From Candidatus Latescibacterota bacterium (GTDB lineage: Bacteria; Latescibacterota; UBA2968; GCA-2709665), in contig OZ244744.1 in NCBI GenBank assembly GCA_965219455.1, positions 4,032,001 through 4,096,000 on the forward strand: a DNA stretch of 64,000 nucleotides. Direction: 5' to 3'. Below the pieces are notes generated by a model that was not told where the DNA came from, ran no database searches, and saw only the letters and a program-made list of their open reading frames with translations. The position numbers and the translations under genes were made by a program. Each line of letters opens with the position of its first letter. The first letter of the stretch is position 1. This document shows positions 39,824 through 48,909 of this stretch, piece by piece.

Positions 39824-40258
39824 ATGGCAGGCACGATTCCCCTTATCAGTTCCGGTGTTGCGGGGCCTCTCGGCGCCATCCACCTCCCCAGGTTGTGGTT
39901 GAAGTTGACGCTTTCCGCAAAGGGACAGCTGGCTGACGACTATCCCGAGTGCGGCGCCGGTTACGACCAGATGGTGCTGGACGGATTGCAAGTCGATCGA
40001 GATGCGGCGGTGAATTACGTGAAGAGCAACCTGCCGACGTATATCGGGTTTGAGAACTGGGTCGTAAATCAGCGCGGCGGCAGCATACCTCAGGAGGAGA
40101 TTGAGGCTTCGAATGCGGCCATACGCGGGTATCACCACGACGACGACACGCGGGGGTCGATCCTGTCGGCAGCCGGCGTGGAGGATGACGGGTCGATTCC
40201 GGACGCGGTGAACCTGAACAATCTCGACGATTGGACGGAATTCCACAACAGCCTGTAG
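39824..40258 (+). CDS. DUF5069-like conserved protein
   Basis: GPLGAIHLPRLW.K, GQLADDY, GYDQMVL, NNLDDW; AAGGAG RBS. Confidence 0.7.
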   Translation: MAGTIPLISSGVAGPLGAIHLPRLWLKLTLSAKGQLADDYPECGAGYDQMVLDGLQVDRDAAVNYVKSNLPTYIGFENWVVNQRGGSIPQEEIEASNAAIRGYHHDDDTRGSILSAAGVEDDGSIPDAVNLNNLDDWTEFHNSL

Positions 40259-40342
40259 AATGTTCCGACCGGAGCGTTCGGCCGTTGGCTGCATTGGTAA
40301 AGGCGCCGGTGGTTGAACGCTCTTTGTATGCCGGAGGTAAAG

Positions 40343-41233
40343 ATGGCGACTTCTGATTTCAGAATTGGTGTGGTGGGTGTCGGGCGAATGGGCGCGAATA
40401 TAGCATGGCATCTGAAGGATGACGGTTTTTCCGTGACTTCAGTGTACGATGTCCGAACCGATGCCGCGGCCGAACTGGCGCGGGAACTCGGGTGCGAGGC
40501 ATCCGGGACGCTGGCGGGTGTGACCGCAGCGGCGGATCAGATCATTACGGTCGTCACCGACGACGACGCGATGCGTGCGGTTTTTTCGACCGAGGGCGAT
40601 AGTCTGCTGCACGGTGCGGACGGAATGGTCTTCATCAATTGCGCGACCATCACCCCCCAGGTGCACGTCGACGTCGAGGCGCTGGCGGAGGAGGCGGGCG
40701 CCAGAAGCCTGGAGGGGTGTATGGCAAGCAGTATCACCCAGGCTCGTGAAGGCACGCTTTATCTGATGTGCGGCGGCAAGAAGGAAGTATTCGACGACGT
40801 GCGGCCAATTCTGGATTCGATGAGTACGGATCTGAATTACATCGGAGGGGCCGGAAGCGCGGCGCAGGTCAAGGCGCTCGTGAATATGGTGATGAATATC
40901 AATACGGCAGGCCTCGCGGAAGGGCTGGGGCTTGGGTCGGCTCTTGGCCTCGATCTGGAGATGCTTCAACAGGTGTTTTCGCAGACGGGCGCAAATTCAC
41001 GGGTTCTGGAAACGGATGGTGAGGACATGGTTGCCCGGGATCATGAATGTTATTTCTCGTCTGCACACGCATCCAAGGACTCCGGCATCGCCCTTGATCT
41101 TGCTCGTGATGCAGGGCTGAATCTGCCGCTTGCGGATGCGACCAAGAAGCAGTTCGACCGCATGATTGAAATCGGCAAGGGCGAACTGGATAAGTCGGGC
41201 GTTGCCGAGTTGACGTTTCCAGGGCGAGGATAG
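40343..41233 (+). CDS. NAD(P)-dependent beta-hydroxyacid dehydrogenase family
   Basis: GVVGVGRMG, YLMCGG, KALVN, SKDSGIAL. Confidence 0.88.
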   Translation: MATSDFRIGVVGVGRMGANIAWHLKDDGFSVTSVYDVRTDAAAELARELGCEASGTLAGVTAAADQIITVVTDDDAMRAVFSTEGDSLLHGADGMVFINCATITPQVHVDVEALAEEAGARSLEGCMASSITQAREGTLYLMCGGKKEVFDDVRPILDSMSTDLNYIGGAGSAAQVKALVNMVMNINTAGLAEGLGLGSALGLDLEMLQQVFSQTGANSRVLETDGEDMVARDHECYFSSAHASKDSGIALDLARDAGLNLPLADATKKQFDRMIEIGKGELDKSGVAELTFPGRG

Positions 41234-41284
41234 CCCCCTTTTTGCGCGCGTCCTGTCATTGAAGCTGCCCTTTCGGCACCCGGT

Positions 41285-42085
41285 ATGGATCCGATTCGTT
41301 ATCGCTATGTGAAGGGGTTCACGAGGCTTTCCCTCTGGTACGTGTGGCGCGTGGCGAGAACAGGGGCGGAACCCTTTGCCGACGTGGTGAATAAGCGGGT
41401 GAACATTTATCGGAACACCTCTTTCTACGACGGGAAACACCATCCATCCAGGGACAATGTCGGTTCGGAGTGGGCGGCCGAGGTCGACCGGCTGGCGGCC
41501 ATGTACTCCATGTATAAGGAGGACACGGCAACAGACGGCTTTGAAGAGGACGGGCTCAACCTGCTGTGGCCCTGGCTCGAGGCGCGCCTGAAGAAAGGCG
41601 GCGACGGTCCTGCCGGGGATCGGCCCTACGAATGCTGGTCTTGCGACTATACCGGGTCGGGTCGTCTGAATATTCACATCGACAACGTGTACCAGCCCGC
41701 ATCGCCCCTGAGCGAAATGTTCACGCCTTTCGCCGCGTCCTTGATCCGCATGCTGCTGGATTCACTCGCCCGGCGCCCTGAAATCACAAGGGTGCGTTGC
41801 TCCAGCTGGATGAATTCAACGCCGAGATTCCGGTCCCTTTTTCCGCCTCGCTGGGTGGAGAGCGAGGTTTTGAATCCCCATATCGGCTTTACAATGGGGC
41901 ACTGGGGCCAGTTCATGGACCGGCGCGGCGATTTTCACGTCAAGAACGGCGAACGGTTTCGCGGCGCCGGGACATTGCCGTACGCGGCTTCAAGTTGCGA
42001 ATGCGGAATCAACGAAACACTGGACCATCTGAAAGGTCGGTTTCCGGAGGCGGCTGCGTACAACCGACGGAGGGCTTCAGGTTGA
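41285..42085 (+). CDS. Hypothetical protein
   Basis: 266-aa ORF filling the gap between co-directional genes; no family recognised. Confidence 0.7.
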   Translation: MDPIRYRYVKGFTRLSLWYVWRVARTGAEPFADVVNKRVNIYRNTSFYDGKHHPSRDNVGSEWAAEVDRLAAMYSMYKEDTATDGFEEDGLNLLWPWLEARLKKGGDGPAGDRPYECWSCDYTGSGRLNIHIDNVYQPASPLSEMFTPFAASLIRMLLDSLARRPEITRVRCSSWMNSTPRFRSLFPPRWVESEVLNPHIGFTMGHWGQFMDRRGDFHVKNGERFRGAGTLPYAASSCECGINETLDHLKGRFPEAAAYNRRRASG

Positions 42086-42104
42086 AGAAGGTCGGCGATT
42101 CGAA

Positions 42105-43214
42105 ATGAAGATAACCGATATCAGGGTCTACAATCTCCGGTATCCGCTGGAAGAGCCGTTTGCGAATTCGATTGCCTGGAATACGGCACGGACGGCCGGT
42201 GTGATCGAAGTCATCACGGACGCGGGTGTGACAGGTTGGGGCGAAGGGGTCGCGGGTCTGAACGAGAAGGCGCTGCGGGCGCGGCTCGTGGGCCGCGATC
42301 CGTTCGATATTGAAGTTGTCTGGAACGATCTGTATCTGCGGGGCGGGGTCGGTTTTTCGGAGTTGAGCGCCGTGGACATCGCGCTGTGGGATATTGTGGG
42401 CAGAGCCCTCGAGATGCCCATATACCGGCTTCTGGGTGGCGCGTTCCGGGAGCGGATTCCGGCTTATGCCAGCGGATTGTTCAAGCAACGGAAGGCCGAT
42501 ATGACCCTGTCGTTAATCGACGAGGCGGGGTCGTACGTGGATCTGGGGTTTCCGGCCGTAAAGATGAAGATCGGATTCGGCGCGGACTACGATGCAAAAA
42601 ACGTCGCCGCCGTGCGCGGAGCGATCGGTGATTCGGTTCAACTTGCGGTGGACGCCAATTGCGGTTACGATACCGGCACGGCGATTGCCGTCGGGCGGCG
42701 GCTCCTGGAGAACGATCTATTGTGGTTCGAGGAACCGATTTCAACCGACGACGTGGCCGGCTACCGCGAGATCCGTCAGGCGTTAGGCGTGCGCGTCGCG
42801 GGTGGCGAGGCGCTCCAGGGCCGGTGGGCGTTTCGCAGCCTCATCCAGGAACGGGGGCTGGATATCGTGCAGCCGGACATCAGCGATGCCGGCGGATTTA
42901 CGGAGTGCCGGAAAGTTGCCGCGCTGGCAAGCGCCAACCACGTGCGGGTGCTGCCCCACATGTGGGGAACCAGTATTCGTCTGGCCGCCACGATACACTG
43001 GCAGGCAACCCTGCCGGATGCGCCCGATACGTTGAATCCGTTTCCATCGTTATTTGAATTCGACATGACCGAGAACCGGCTGCGTACTGAACTCTCCAGA
43101 GAGCCAATCCAGGCCGTGGACGGGTACGTGCCGGTGATACAGCAACCGGGTCTGGGAATCGAGATTGACAGAGAGGTGCTGGAGGAATACGCGGTTTCCG
43201 GGACAGAACACTAG
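42105..43214 (+). CDS. Mandelate racemase/muconate lactonizing enzyme family
   Basis: KMKIG, VDAN, FEEP, GGE, QPD, PHMW, FEFD. Confidence 0.9.
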   Translation: MKITDIRVYNLRYPLEEPFANSIAWNTARTAGVIEVITDAGVTGWGEGVAGLNEKALRARLVGRDPFDIEVVWNDLYLRGGVGFSELSAVDIALWDIVGRALEMPIYRLLGGAFRERIPAYASGLFKQRKADMTLSLIDEAGSYVDLGFPAVKMKIGFGADYDAKNVAAVRGAIGDSVQLAVDANCGYDTGTAIAVGRRLLENDLLWFEEPISTDDVAGYREIRQALGVRVAGGEALQGRWAFRSLIQERGLDIVQPDISDAGGFTECRKVAALASANHVRVLPHMWGTSIRLAATIHWQATLPDAPDTLNPFPSLFEFDMTENRLRTELSREPIQAVDGYVPVIQQPGLGIEIDREVLEEYAVSGTEH

Positions 43215-43378
43215 TGTTCTGTCCCGGAAATAGGTTGCCTGAATTCGGCCGACGAGTCGCACGGCTCGCAAGGCGCCTGAGCGCAGGCGACCTGCGCAAG
43301 GTCGGCGAGCGAGGGCAACGTAGCGAGACGGGATGAATCGTCGGCCGAATGGTGAGATATATTTGGGACAGAATACCA
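43195..43378. mobile_element. MITE-like element, copy 2 (43212-43378), abutted by an extra terminal repeat
   Basis: TAGTGTTCTGTCCCGGAAATA ... TATATTTGGGACAGAATACCA; perfect 36-bp palindrome 43195-43230 centred on ACTAGT. Confidence 0.75.
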
Positions 43379-43390
43379 GAGGAGGGTGGT

Positions 43391-44644
43391 TTGGCAAAGG
43401 GTTCGAGGAAGTCCGATCTGGCGATTCACGGCGGCAGACCGGTATACCGCAAGCCGTGGCGTTCGGGAGCGTTCCACTTCAGGGAGGAACTGGCTGCGCT
43501 GGAGAAGCTGCTTGCCGGTCCGGCGCTGCCGCTGGCTCGGGGCAAGGCCGTCATGGCTTATCGCGAGGGGTTGCAGAAGCTATATGGCTTGCCATATGCC
43601 GTACCGACGAGTTCGGGGAGCGCAGCCATCCACGTGGCGTTGGCCGCGGCGGGTATCGGCGCTGGAGACGAGGTCATATTGGGCCCGCTGACCGACTATG
43701 GCAGCATTATGGGGATATTTCAGTTGAACGCGATTCCGGTATTTGCCGATGTGCAGCCGGACGGGTTGTTGATGGACGTTGGGGCGATGGAAGCGTCAAT
43801 CACGCCGTTTACCCGGGCTATAATGCCGATTCACAACGGGGGGTACGCGGTGGATATGCCCGCGGTCATGAGGGTTGCCCGCAGCCATCGACTGATCGTC
43901 ATCGAGGATTGCGCACAGGCGCATCTCGCGTCCATCAAGGGCAGGTATCTCGGCACGTTCGGACAACTTGGCGCGTGGAGTACAAACGAGAGCAAACACA
44001 TGAAGTCGGGTGAGGGCGGGTTTGTTCTGACCCGACGCCGAAAATTGGCTGAAACGGCGGATCTGTTTTCCGATAAATGCTATCCGAGGTTCCCGGGAGC
44101 GCCGGCGACACCTGCCTTTCCGGCGTTGAATGTGCGGCTGAGCGACGTTAACGCCGCATTGGCATCGGTGCAACTAAAGCGGGTACCGGGGTGGATTGCC
44201 AGGCGCCAGGCGTTTGGCGAGGCGTTTGATCAGGGGATTTCGGGGCTGCCGGGCGTCAAACCACATCCGCAGCCGGCAGGGGCGAAGCCCAGTTACTGGT
44301 GGGCGTTGTTTTCCGTAGACCCGGAGGTGCTCGGGGTGAATGCGGTGGATTTCTGTCGGATGGTCGCGGCGGAAGGCATTCCGGCATTCGCGAGTCCTCA
44401 GCAGTACGTGCTCAAATGGCAGGTTTTCCGGAGGCTGCACAAGGATCCGGCGGTGTTCAACAGCTACAGGCCCGGCCGGCTCGACAAGGGCGCGTATCCG
44501 CTTGAGGCGTGTCCGAATGCCAGAACCTGCGGAGAACGCGTCTGTGCGGTCAGGATGACCCAGCACAATACCGTGGGCGAGGCGAACGCCGCGGCCCGGG
44601 CGGTTCGGAAGGTCACAGAGGCGTTGTTGGGACAACGGGTATGA
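43391..44644 (+). CDS. DegT/DnrJ/EryC1/StrS PLP aminotransferase
   Basis: SSGSAAIH, GAGDEVI, IEDCAQAH, ESKHMKSGEGG; TTG start after GGAGG. Confidence 0.9.
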   Translation: MAKGSRKSDLAIHGGRPVYRKPWRSGAFHFREELAALEKLLAGPALPLARGKAVMAYREGLQKLYGLPYAVPTSSGSAAIHVALAAAGIGAGDEVILGPLTDYGSIMGIFQLNAIPVFADVQPDGLLMDVGAMEASITPFTRAIMPIHNGGYAVDMPAVMRVARSHRLIVIEDCAQAHLASIKGRYLGTFGQLGAWSTNESKHMKSGEGGFVLTRRRKLAETADLFSDKCYPRFPGAPATPAFPALNVRLSDVNAALASVQLKRVPGWIARRQAFGEAFDQGISGLPGVKPHPQPAGAKPSYWWALFSVDPEVLGVNAVDFCRMVAAEGIPAFASPQQYVLKWQVFRRLHKDPAVFNSYRPGRLDKGAYPLEACPNARTCGERVCAVRMTQHNTVGEANAAARAVRKVTEALLGQRV

Positions 44645-44721
44645 CGATGCGGTCATCACGAGCCCATGGATGAACGGCATCCGCGGGGGCTCTGTGTTTG
44701 TCCATTTTGTGGAGGGTTTGG

Positions 44722-45291
44722 ATGGATGTTCTCGATGTGCTGAAGGCACGGCGGACGATCTTCAAATTCAGTTCCAGGCCCGTGCCTCACGAGACACTGA
44801 CGCGCATTTTCGAGTTCGGCCTGTGGGCGCCGAATCACCATGTAACGGAGCCGTGGCGTTTTGTCGTTCTCGGGGAACGGACGAAAGAGACGCTGGGGCG
44901 GCGATATGCAGAAATCCAGGAGGGCAAGGCGCCCGGCCATGTCGCCAGGGAGAACCGAAAAAAACTCTGGCAGGCGGGTTACGACAAGTTTATGTCCAAA
45001 CCCACAATTGTCGCGGTATCCTGCCTGCAGGAGGGAGATGAACAGCGGCGGCGGGAGGACTATGCGGCTGCGTGTTGCGCAATGCAGAACGTACAGCTCG
45101 CAGCCTGGGAACTGGGGGTGGGTGTGCAGTGGAGCACGGGACCCATTACAATGCAGAAGGAAACGTACGAGTTGCTCGGCGCGGATCAGGCCCGGGAGTA
45201 TATCATCGGATTTTTCTATATGGGATATCCGCGGGAGATTCCCTCGCCCAGGCGAAAACCGTTAGGTGACGTGATGCGCTGGTCGGCGTGA
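44722..45291 (+). CDS. Nitroreductase family
   Basis: ARRTIFKF, WAPNHHVTEPWRF, QNVQLAAWELG. Confidence 0.9.
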   Translation: MDVLDVLKARRTIFKFSSRPVPHETLTRIFEFGLWAPNHHVTEPWRFVVLGERTKETLGRRYAEIQEGKAPGHVARENRKKLWQAGYDKFMSKPTIVAVSCLQEGDEQRRREDYAAACCAMQNVQLAAWELGVGVQWSTGPITMQKETYELLGADQAREYIIGFFYMGYPREIPSPRRKPLGDVMRWSA

Positions 45292-45298
45292 GGGCGCG

Positions 45299-46204
45299 TC
45301 AGCGCGGTCGGGCGGTCCGGGCCCGGATACCGGCCAGGTCTTCAATGACGGTCAGAAGGCCGGAGTGATCCAGTTCGCCCCGGTCTTTGGCCAGAGCCAG
45401 ATTGAACAGTTCATGAACGATGCTTGTAACCGGCAGCGGCACCTTGTAGTCGCTGCCGGTTTTCATGATAATGTTGAGATCCTTGTAGTGAAGCCGGATG
45501 CGGAAGCCGGGGTCGAAGTCTCCGTTAACCATACGTTCGCCCCGGTTCTCGAGTACGCCGCATCGGGCAAGGCCCCCACTCAGGACCTTTACGATGTTTG
45601 CCGGGTCGACGCCCGCCTTGGCGCCGAGTGTCAATGCCTCTGACACCCCGGCGATGGTGACGGCAACCAGAACCTGGTTGCATGCTTTCACGGTCTGTCC
45701 GGCGCCGAGGGGTCCGCAGAGCACGATATTCTGACCCATCGCCCCGAAGATGGGTTGTACTGTGTTGAATACATCCTCTTCGCCGCCCACCATGATGGAA
45801 AGGGTGGCATTCCGCGCTCCGACATCTCCTCCGCTTACCGGCGCATCCAGGCAGTGGACGCCTTTTTCGGCCATTGCCTTGCCTACGCTCAGGGCAACGC
45901 TCGGCGCGATCGTGCTCATGTCGATGTAGATGTCGCCACGGCCAGCGCCTTCGATGATGCCGCCGGATCCGAGAGCGACTTCCTCCACGTCCGGCGAGTC
46001 GGGCAACATGGTGATGACGATGGCGCTGTTTTCGGCTACCTCTCCGGGTGAATGGGCTTCCCGGGCACCGGCGTCAACCAGCTCGGCTACGGGTTCCCGG
46101 CTGCGGTTGTGTACAACGAGATCGTAACCGGCATGAAGCAGGTGCTTGGACATGGGTTTTCCCATAATCCCGAGTCCGACGAATCCGATCGTGGGTTTTG
46201 ACAT
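45299..46204 (-). CDS. 2-hydroxy-3-oxopropionate reductase (GarR/GlxR family)
   Basis: GFVGLGIMGKPM, DAPVSGG, KACNQ, FDPGFRIRLHYKDL. Confidence 0.9.
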   Translation of the reverse strand: MSKPTIGFVGLGIMGKPMSKHLLHAGYDLVVHNRSREPVAELVDAGAREAHSPGEVAENSAIVITMLPDSPDVEEVALGSGGIIEGAGRGDIYIDMSTIAPSVALSVGKAMAEKGVHCLDAPVSGGDVGARNATLSIMVGGEEDVFNTVQPIFGAMGQNIVLCGPLGAGQTVKACNQVLVAVTIAGVSEALTLGAKAGVDPANIVKVLSGGLARCGVLENRGERMVNGDFDPGFRIRLHYKDLNIIMKTGSDYKVPLPVTSIVHELFNLALAKDRGELDHSGLLTVIEDLAGIRARTARPR

Positions 46205-46222
46205 TGAAGCAGCTCCTTTCAA

Positions 46223-47056
46223 CTACCTGTCGATAAAGAGAGATTTGTCCGATGCGGGAACAATACCGGCGGTTTCGGCGCGGGCGAAGAGATCGGTGAT
46301 GGCGGCCTCACCGTCTGGGCCGTAGTCCCGGGTGTAGGCGTTTACGTAGAGGTCAATGTGGTGTTGTGCGACGGATGCATCGATTTCCGGGGCGTGCCGG
46401 CGGATGTCGTTTCGGACCCGGCCCGCATGCGTGTGGGCGTATTCCACGCTTTTTCGTATAGCTCTATCAATAGCCCGGACCCGGTCGGCGCCCAGGTCCC
46501 GGCGGGCAAGGATGCCTCCCAGCGGAATGGGGTGGCCGGTGGTGTGTTCCCACCATTCGCCCAGGTCGATTATTTCGTGCAGTCCGAAATCGGGAAAGGT
46601 AAATCGGCTTTCGTGAATGATGAGCCCGGCGCGGACTTCGCCGATCCGCACGGCGTCCATAATGCGGTGATACGGCAGAACCACGAGTTCGTCGAGTGAC
46701 GGATCGAACAGGCGCAGCAACAGGGCCGCGGTGGTCAGTTTTCCGGGGATCGCGATTTTTCCTCCGGTCAGATCCGACGGGTGAAGGGGTGTGGCGGCAA
46801 CAACCAGCGGACCGCATCCGCGGCCCAGCGCGCCGCCGGATTGGAGGAGGCAGTACCGGTCCCGCAGATGGCCCAGGGCGTGAAAGGAGACCTTGGTTGC
46901 GTCCAACAGGCCGTCCATGGCCAACCGGTTGAGGGTTTCTATGTCTTCGAGAATGGTCTCAAACTGGGGCGCGCCGGGGATTTTTCCATGGGTGATGCCG
47001 TAGAAAATGTAGGTGTCGTTCGGGCTGGGAGAGTAGCCGAGAGAAACGCGAGCCAT
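46223..47056 (-). CDS. mqnD: 1,4-dihydroxy-6-naphthoate synthase (futalosine pathway)
   Basis: YSPSPNDTYIF, DIETLN, GGALGRGCGP, IIHESRF, DLGEWW, HIDLYVN. Confidence 0.92.
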   Translation of the reverse strand: MARVSLGYSPSPNDTYIFYGITHGKIPGAPQFETILEDIETLNRLAMDGLLDATKVSFHALGHLRDRYCLLQSGGALGRGCGPLVVAATPLHPSDLTGGKIAIPGKLTTAALLLRLFDPSLDELVVLPYHRIMDAVRIGEVRAGLIIHESRFTFPDFGLHEIIDLGEWWEHTTGHPIPLGGILARRDLGADRVRAIDRAIRKSVEYAHTHAGRVRNDIRRHAPEIDASVAQHHIDLYVNAYTRDYGPDGEAAITDLFARAETAGIVPASDKSLFIDR

Positions 47057-47082
47057 AGGTTTCTCGTGATACGCTTTATGGT

Positions 47083-47817
47083 TCAGGGCACCAGATCTTC
47101 TATCAGTACACGGGCAGCCCGTTGCGCGTTCCGGGAGGCCAATGGGAGATTCCAGGCGCCGGGGTTCCGGTCTTCAACGAGGTTGCTGATGCCTCGCAGT
47201 TCGACAAAAGGAACCTCGTACAGCGTGCAGAGTTGCGCGGCGGCGGCGCCTTCCATATTCTCGCAGATGGCGTTGAACCGCGCGGCGAGTTCACTGCCTC
47301 TGGCGGCGAGGCCGCTGCATTGTTGCACGGTGACAAAAGGACCGGAGCGCACGGCCGGAGTTCCACCCGGCCATGCGGCGTTGAGGATCTGAGCCGCCGC
47401 GCGTCGGGCCAGGACCTTGTCAAGCGGAAAGGTATTGTAGTGGTTCAGGTTCTTGCTGAGGACGGGGATGCCGATGGTATCGGCCGGCAGCCAGCCGTCC
47501 GGGGCGAGGACCCCAAGTTCCCCGTCGTTCTCTTCGGTGGCCACGGCAAGGTCGCCCACGTTCAGTTGCGAGCCGGCGTAGGCCCCACCGACGCCGGCTT
47601 GCAGAACGAAGTCGGGTCGACCGGTTTCCAGAGCGGCGGTCAGCGCCTGGGCCGTATTGACGGCGCCGATACCGGTTTCGATCAGGTCGACGCGGCGGGT
47701 GCCCAGTTTGCCCTCCGTGCGTGCGCGGTAGGCGAAGGTCCGCGTCGTCGGATGCGGAATGCTCCTGCGGAGCGTTTCCTGCTCGAAAGCGGTGGCTGTC
47801 AGGACGAGGATGTCCAT
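47083..47817 (-). CDS. mqnB: Futalosine hydrolase
   Basis: TGIGAVNTA, GVGGAY, ENMEGAA, RGISNLVEDR...W; adjacent to mqnD. Confidence 0.88.
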   Translation of the reverse strand: MDILVLTATAFEQETLRRSIPHPTTRTFAYRARTEGKLGTRRVDLIETGIGAVNTAQALTAALETGRPDFVLQAGVGGAYAGSQLNVGDLAVATEENDGELGVLAPDGWLPADTIGIPVLSKNLNHYNTFPLDKVLARRAAAQILNAAWPGGTPAVRSGPFVTVQQCSGLAARGSELAARFNAICENMEGAAAAQLCTLYEVPFVELRGISNLVEDRNPGAWNLPLASRNAQRAARVLIEDLVP

Positions 47818-47846
47818 CTGTCATTTTCGGATCTGCCGCGGGAGTG

Positions 47847-48866
47847 TCATCCCAACCGCTTGGAGACGCCGAGTTGGGCAGCAACGGATTCCAGGTCGGT
47901 CACATGAGGAAGAAGCATGGGGATGCCGTTTTCGAGGTTGCGCTCGCGAGTGATCCATTCGGGTTCTCCCGGGTAGTAGACGCGGTCTACGCCGGATGCG
48001 GGCCTGGCCTCGCGGATGGTCTGAATACGGGCGTCAACTTCCGTTGTGAAGGATTCCGGATCAGCGAAGGTGGATACATTGATCGCGATGAACAGATAGC
48101 CGAACTTTTCGACGTCCGGAAAGGCGGCGCCGGCCAGGATGCCTCCGATACATTGCATCACGATGGCGAGGCCCGATCCCTTCGGCCCGAGGGGTACCAC
48201 AATACGCGCTTCCCGGGGGTCGTCCGTTGGCTGGCCAGCCGCATCCAGTGCCCAGCCCAGGGGGATTTTCTCGCCGCGGTCCCCGGCGACGCCGATTTTG
48301 CCGGCGGCAACCACCCCGGTGGCCATGTCGAGGATGATGGGGCGTTCACGGCCGGCAGGGATGCCGTAAGCGAAGGGCGCGTTCCCGATGGCGGGTTCGA
48401 TGCTGCCGTACGGCGCCATGTTCCCGTAGTTTTTACGTCCACCGGTGGTGTTGAAGCCCACCATACCGGCCTCAGCCGCCATGTTGGCATAGTAGGCCGC
48501 GGCGCCATAGTGATTGGTATTTCGAACGGCGGCCATGCCGATGCCCGACCCTTCGGCTTTTTGGATGGCGCGCTTCATAGCGTTATATGCCGCCACCTGC
48601 CCGAGGGCGTTATCCGCGTCGATATGGACGTACGCGTCGCCCTCTCTCAGGATCCGGGGATGCGCGTTCGGGTTGATTTCGCCTCTGAGGATCTGGCGGA
48701 TATAGCCCGCAATGCCGCGCGCGCCGTGGGAATGTACGCCGCGGAGGTCTGCTTCAACCTGGATGCGGGCCGTGATCCGGGCGTCGGATTCAGGTACACC
48801 CGCCGCGTTGAGGAGGTCAACGCAAAAGGCGTTGAGTGCGGTGTGGGAGACGGTTCGGGTCGTCAC
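47847..48866 (-). CDS. Ldh_2 family (AllD/ComC-like) 2-hydroxyacid oxidoreductase
   Basis: ADLRGVHSHG, NTNHYG, IGNAP, LDMAT, PKGSGL, YPGE. Confidence 0.88.
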   Translation of the reverse strand: MTTRTVSHTALNAFCVDLLNAAGVPESDARITARIQVEADLRGVHSHGARGIAGYIRQILRGEINPNAHPRILREGDAYVHIDADNALGQVAAYNAMKRAIQKAEGSGIGMAAVRNTNHYGAAAYYANMAAEAGMVGFNTTGGRKNYGNMAPYGSIEPAIGNAPFAYGIPAGRERPIILDMATGVVAAGKIGVAGDRGEKIPLGWALDAAGQPTDDPREARIVVPLGPKGSGLAIVMQCIGGILAGAAFPDVEKFGYLFIAINVSTFADPESFTTEVDARIQTIREARPASGVDRVYYPGEPEWITRERNLENGIPMLLPHVTDLESVAAQLGVSKRLG

Positions 48867-48909
48867 GATATGTCGCCAAAGGCCGGCAATATGCGGCGAA
48901 AAGGGCGGA

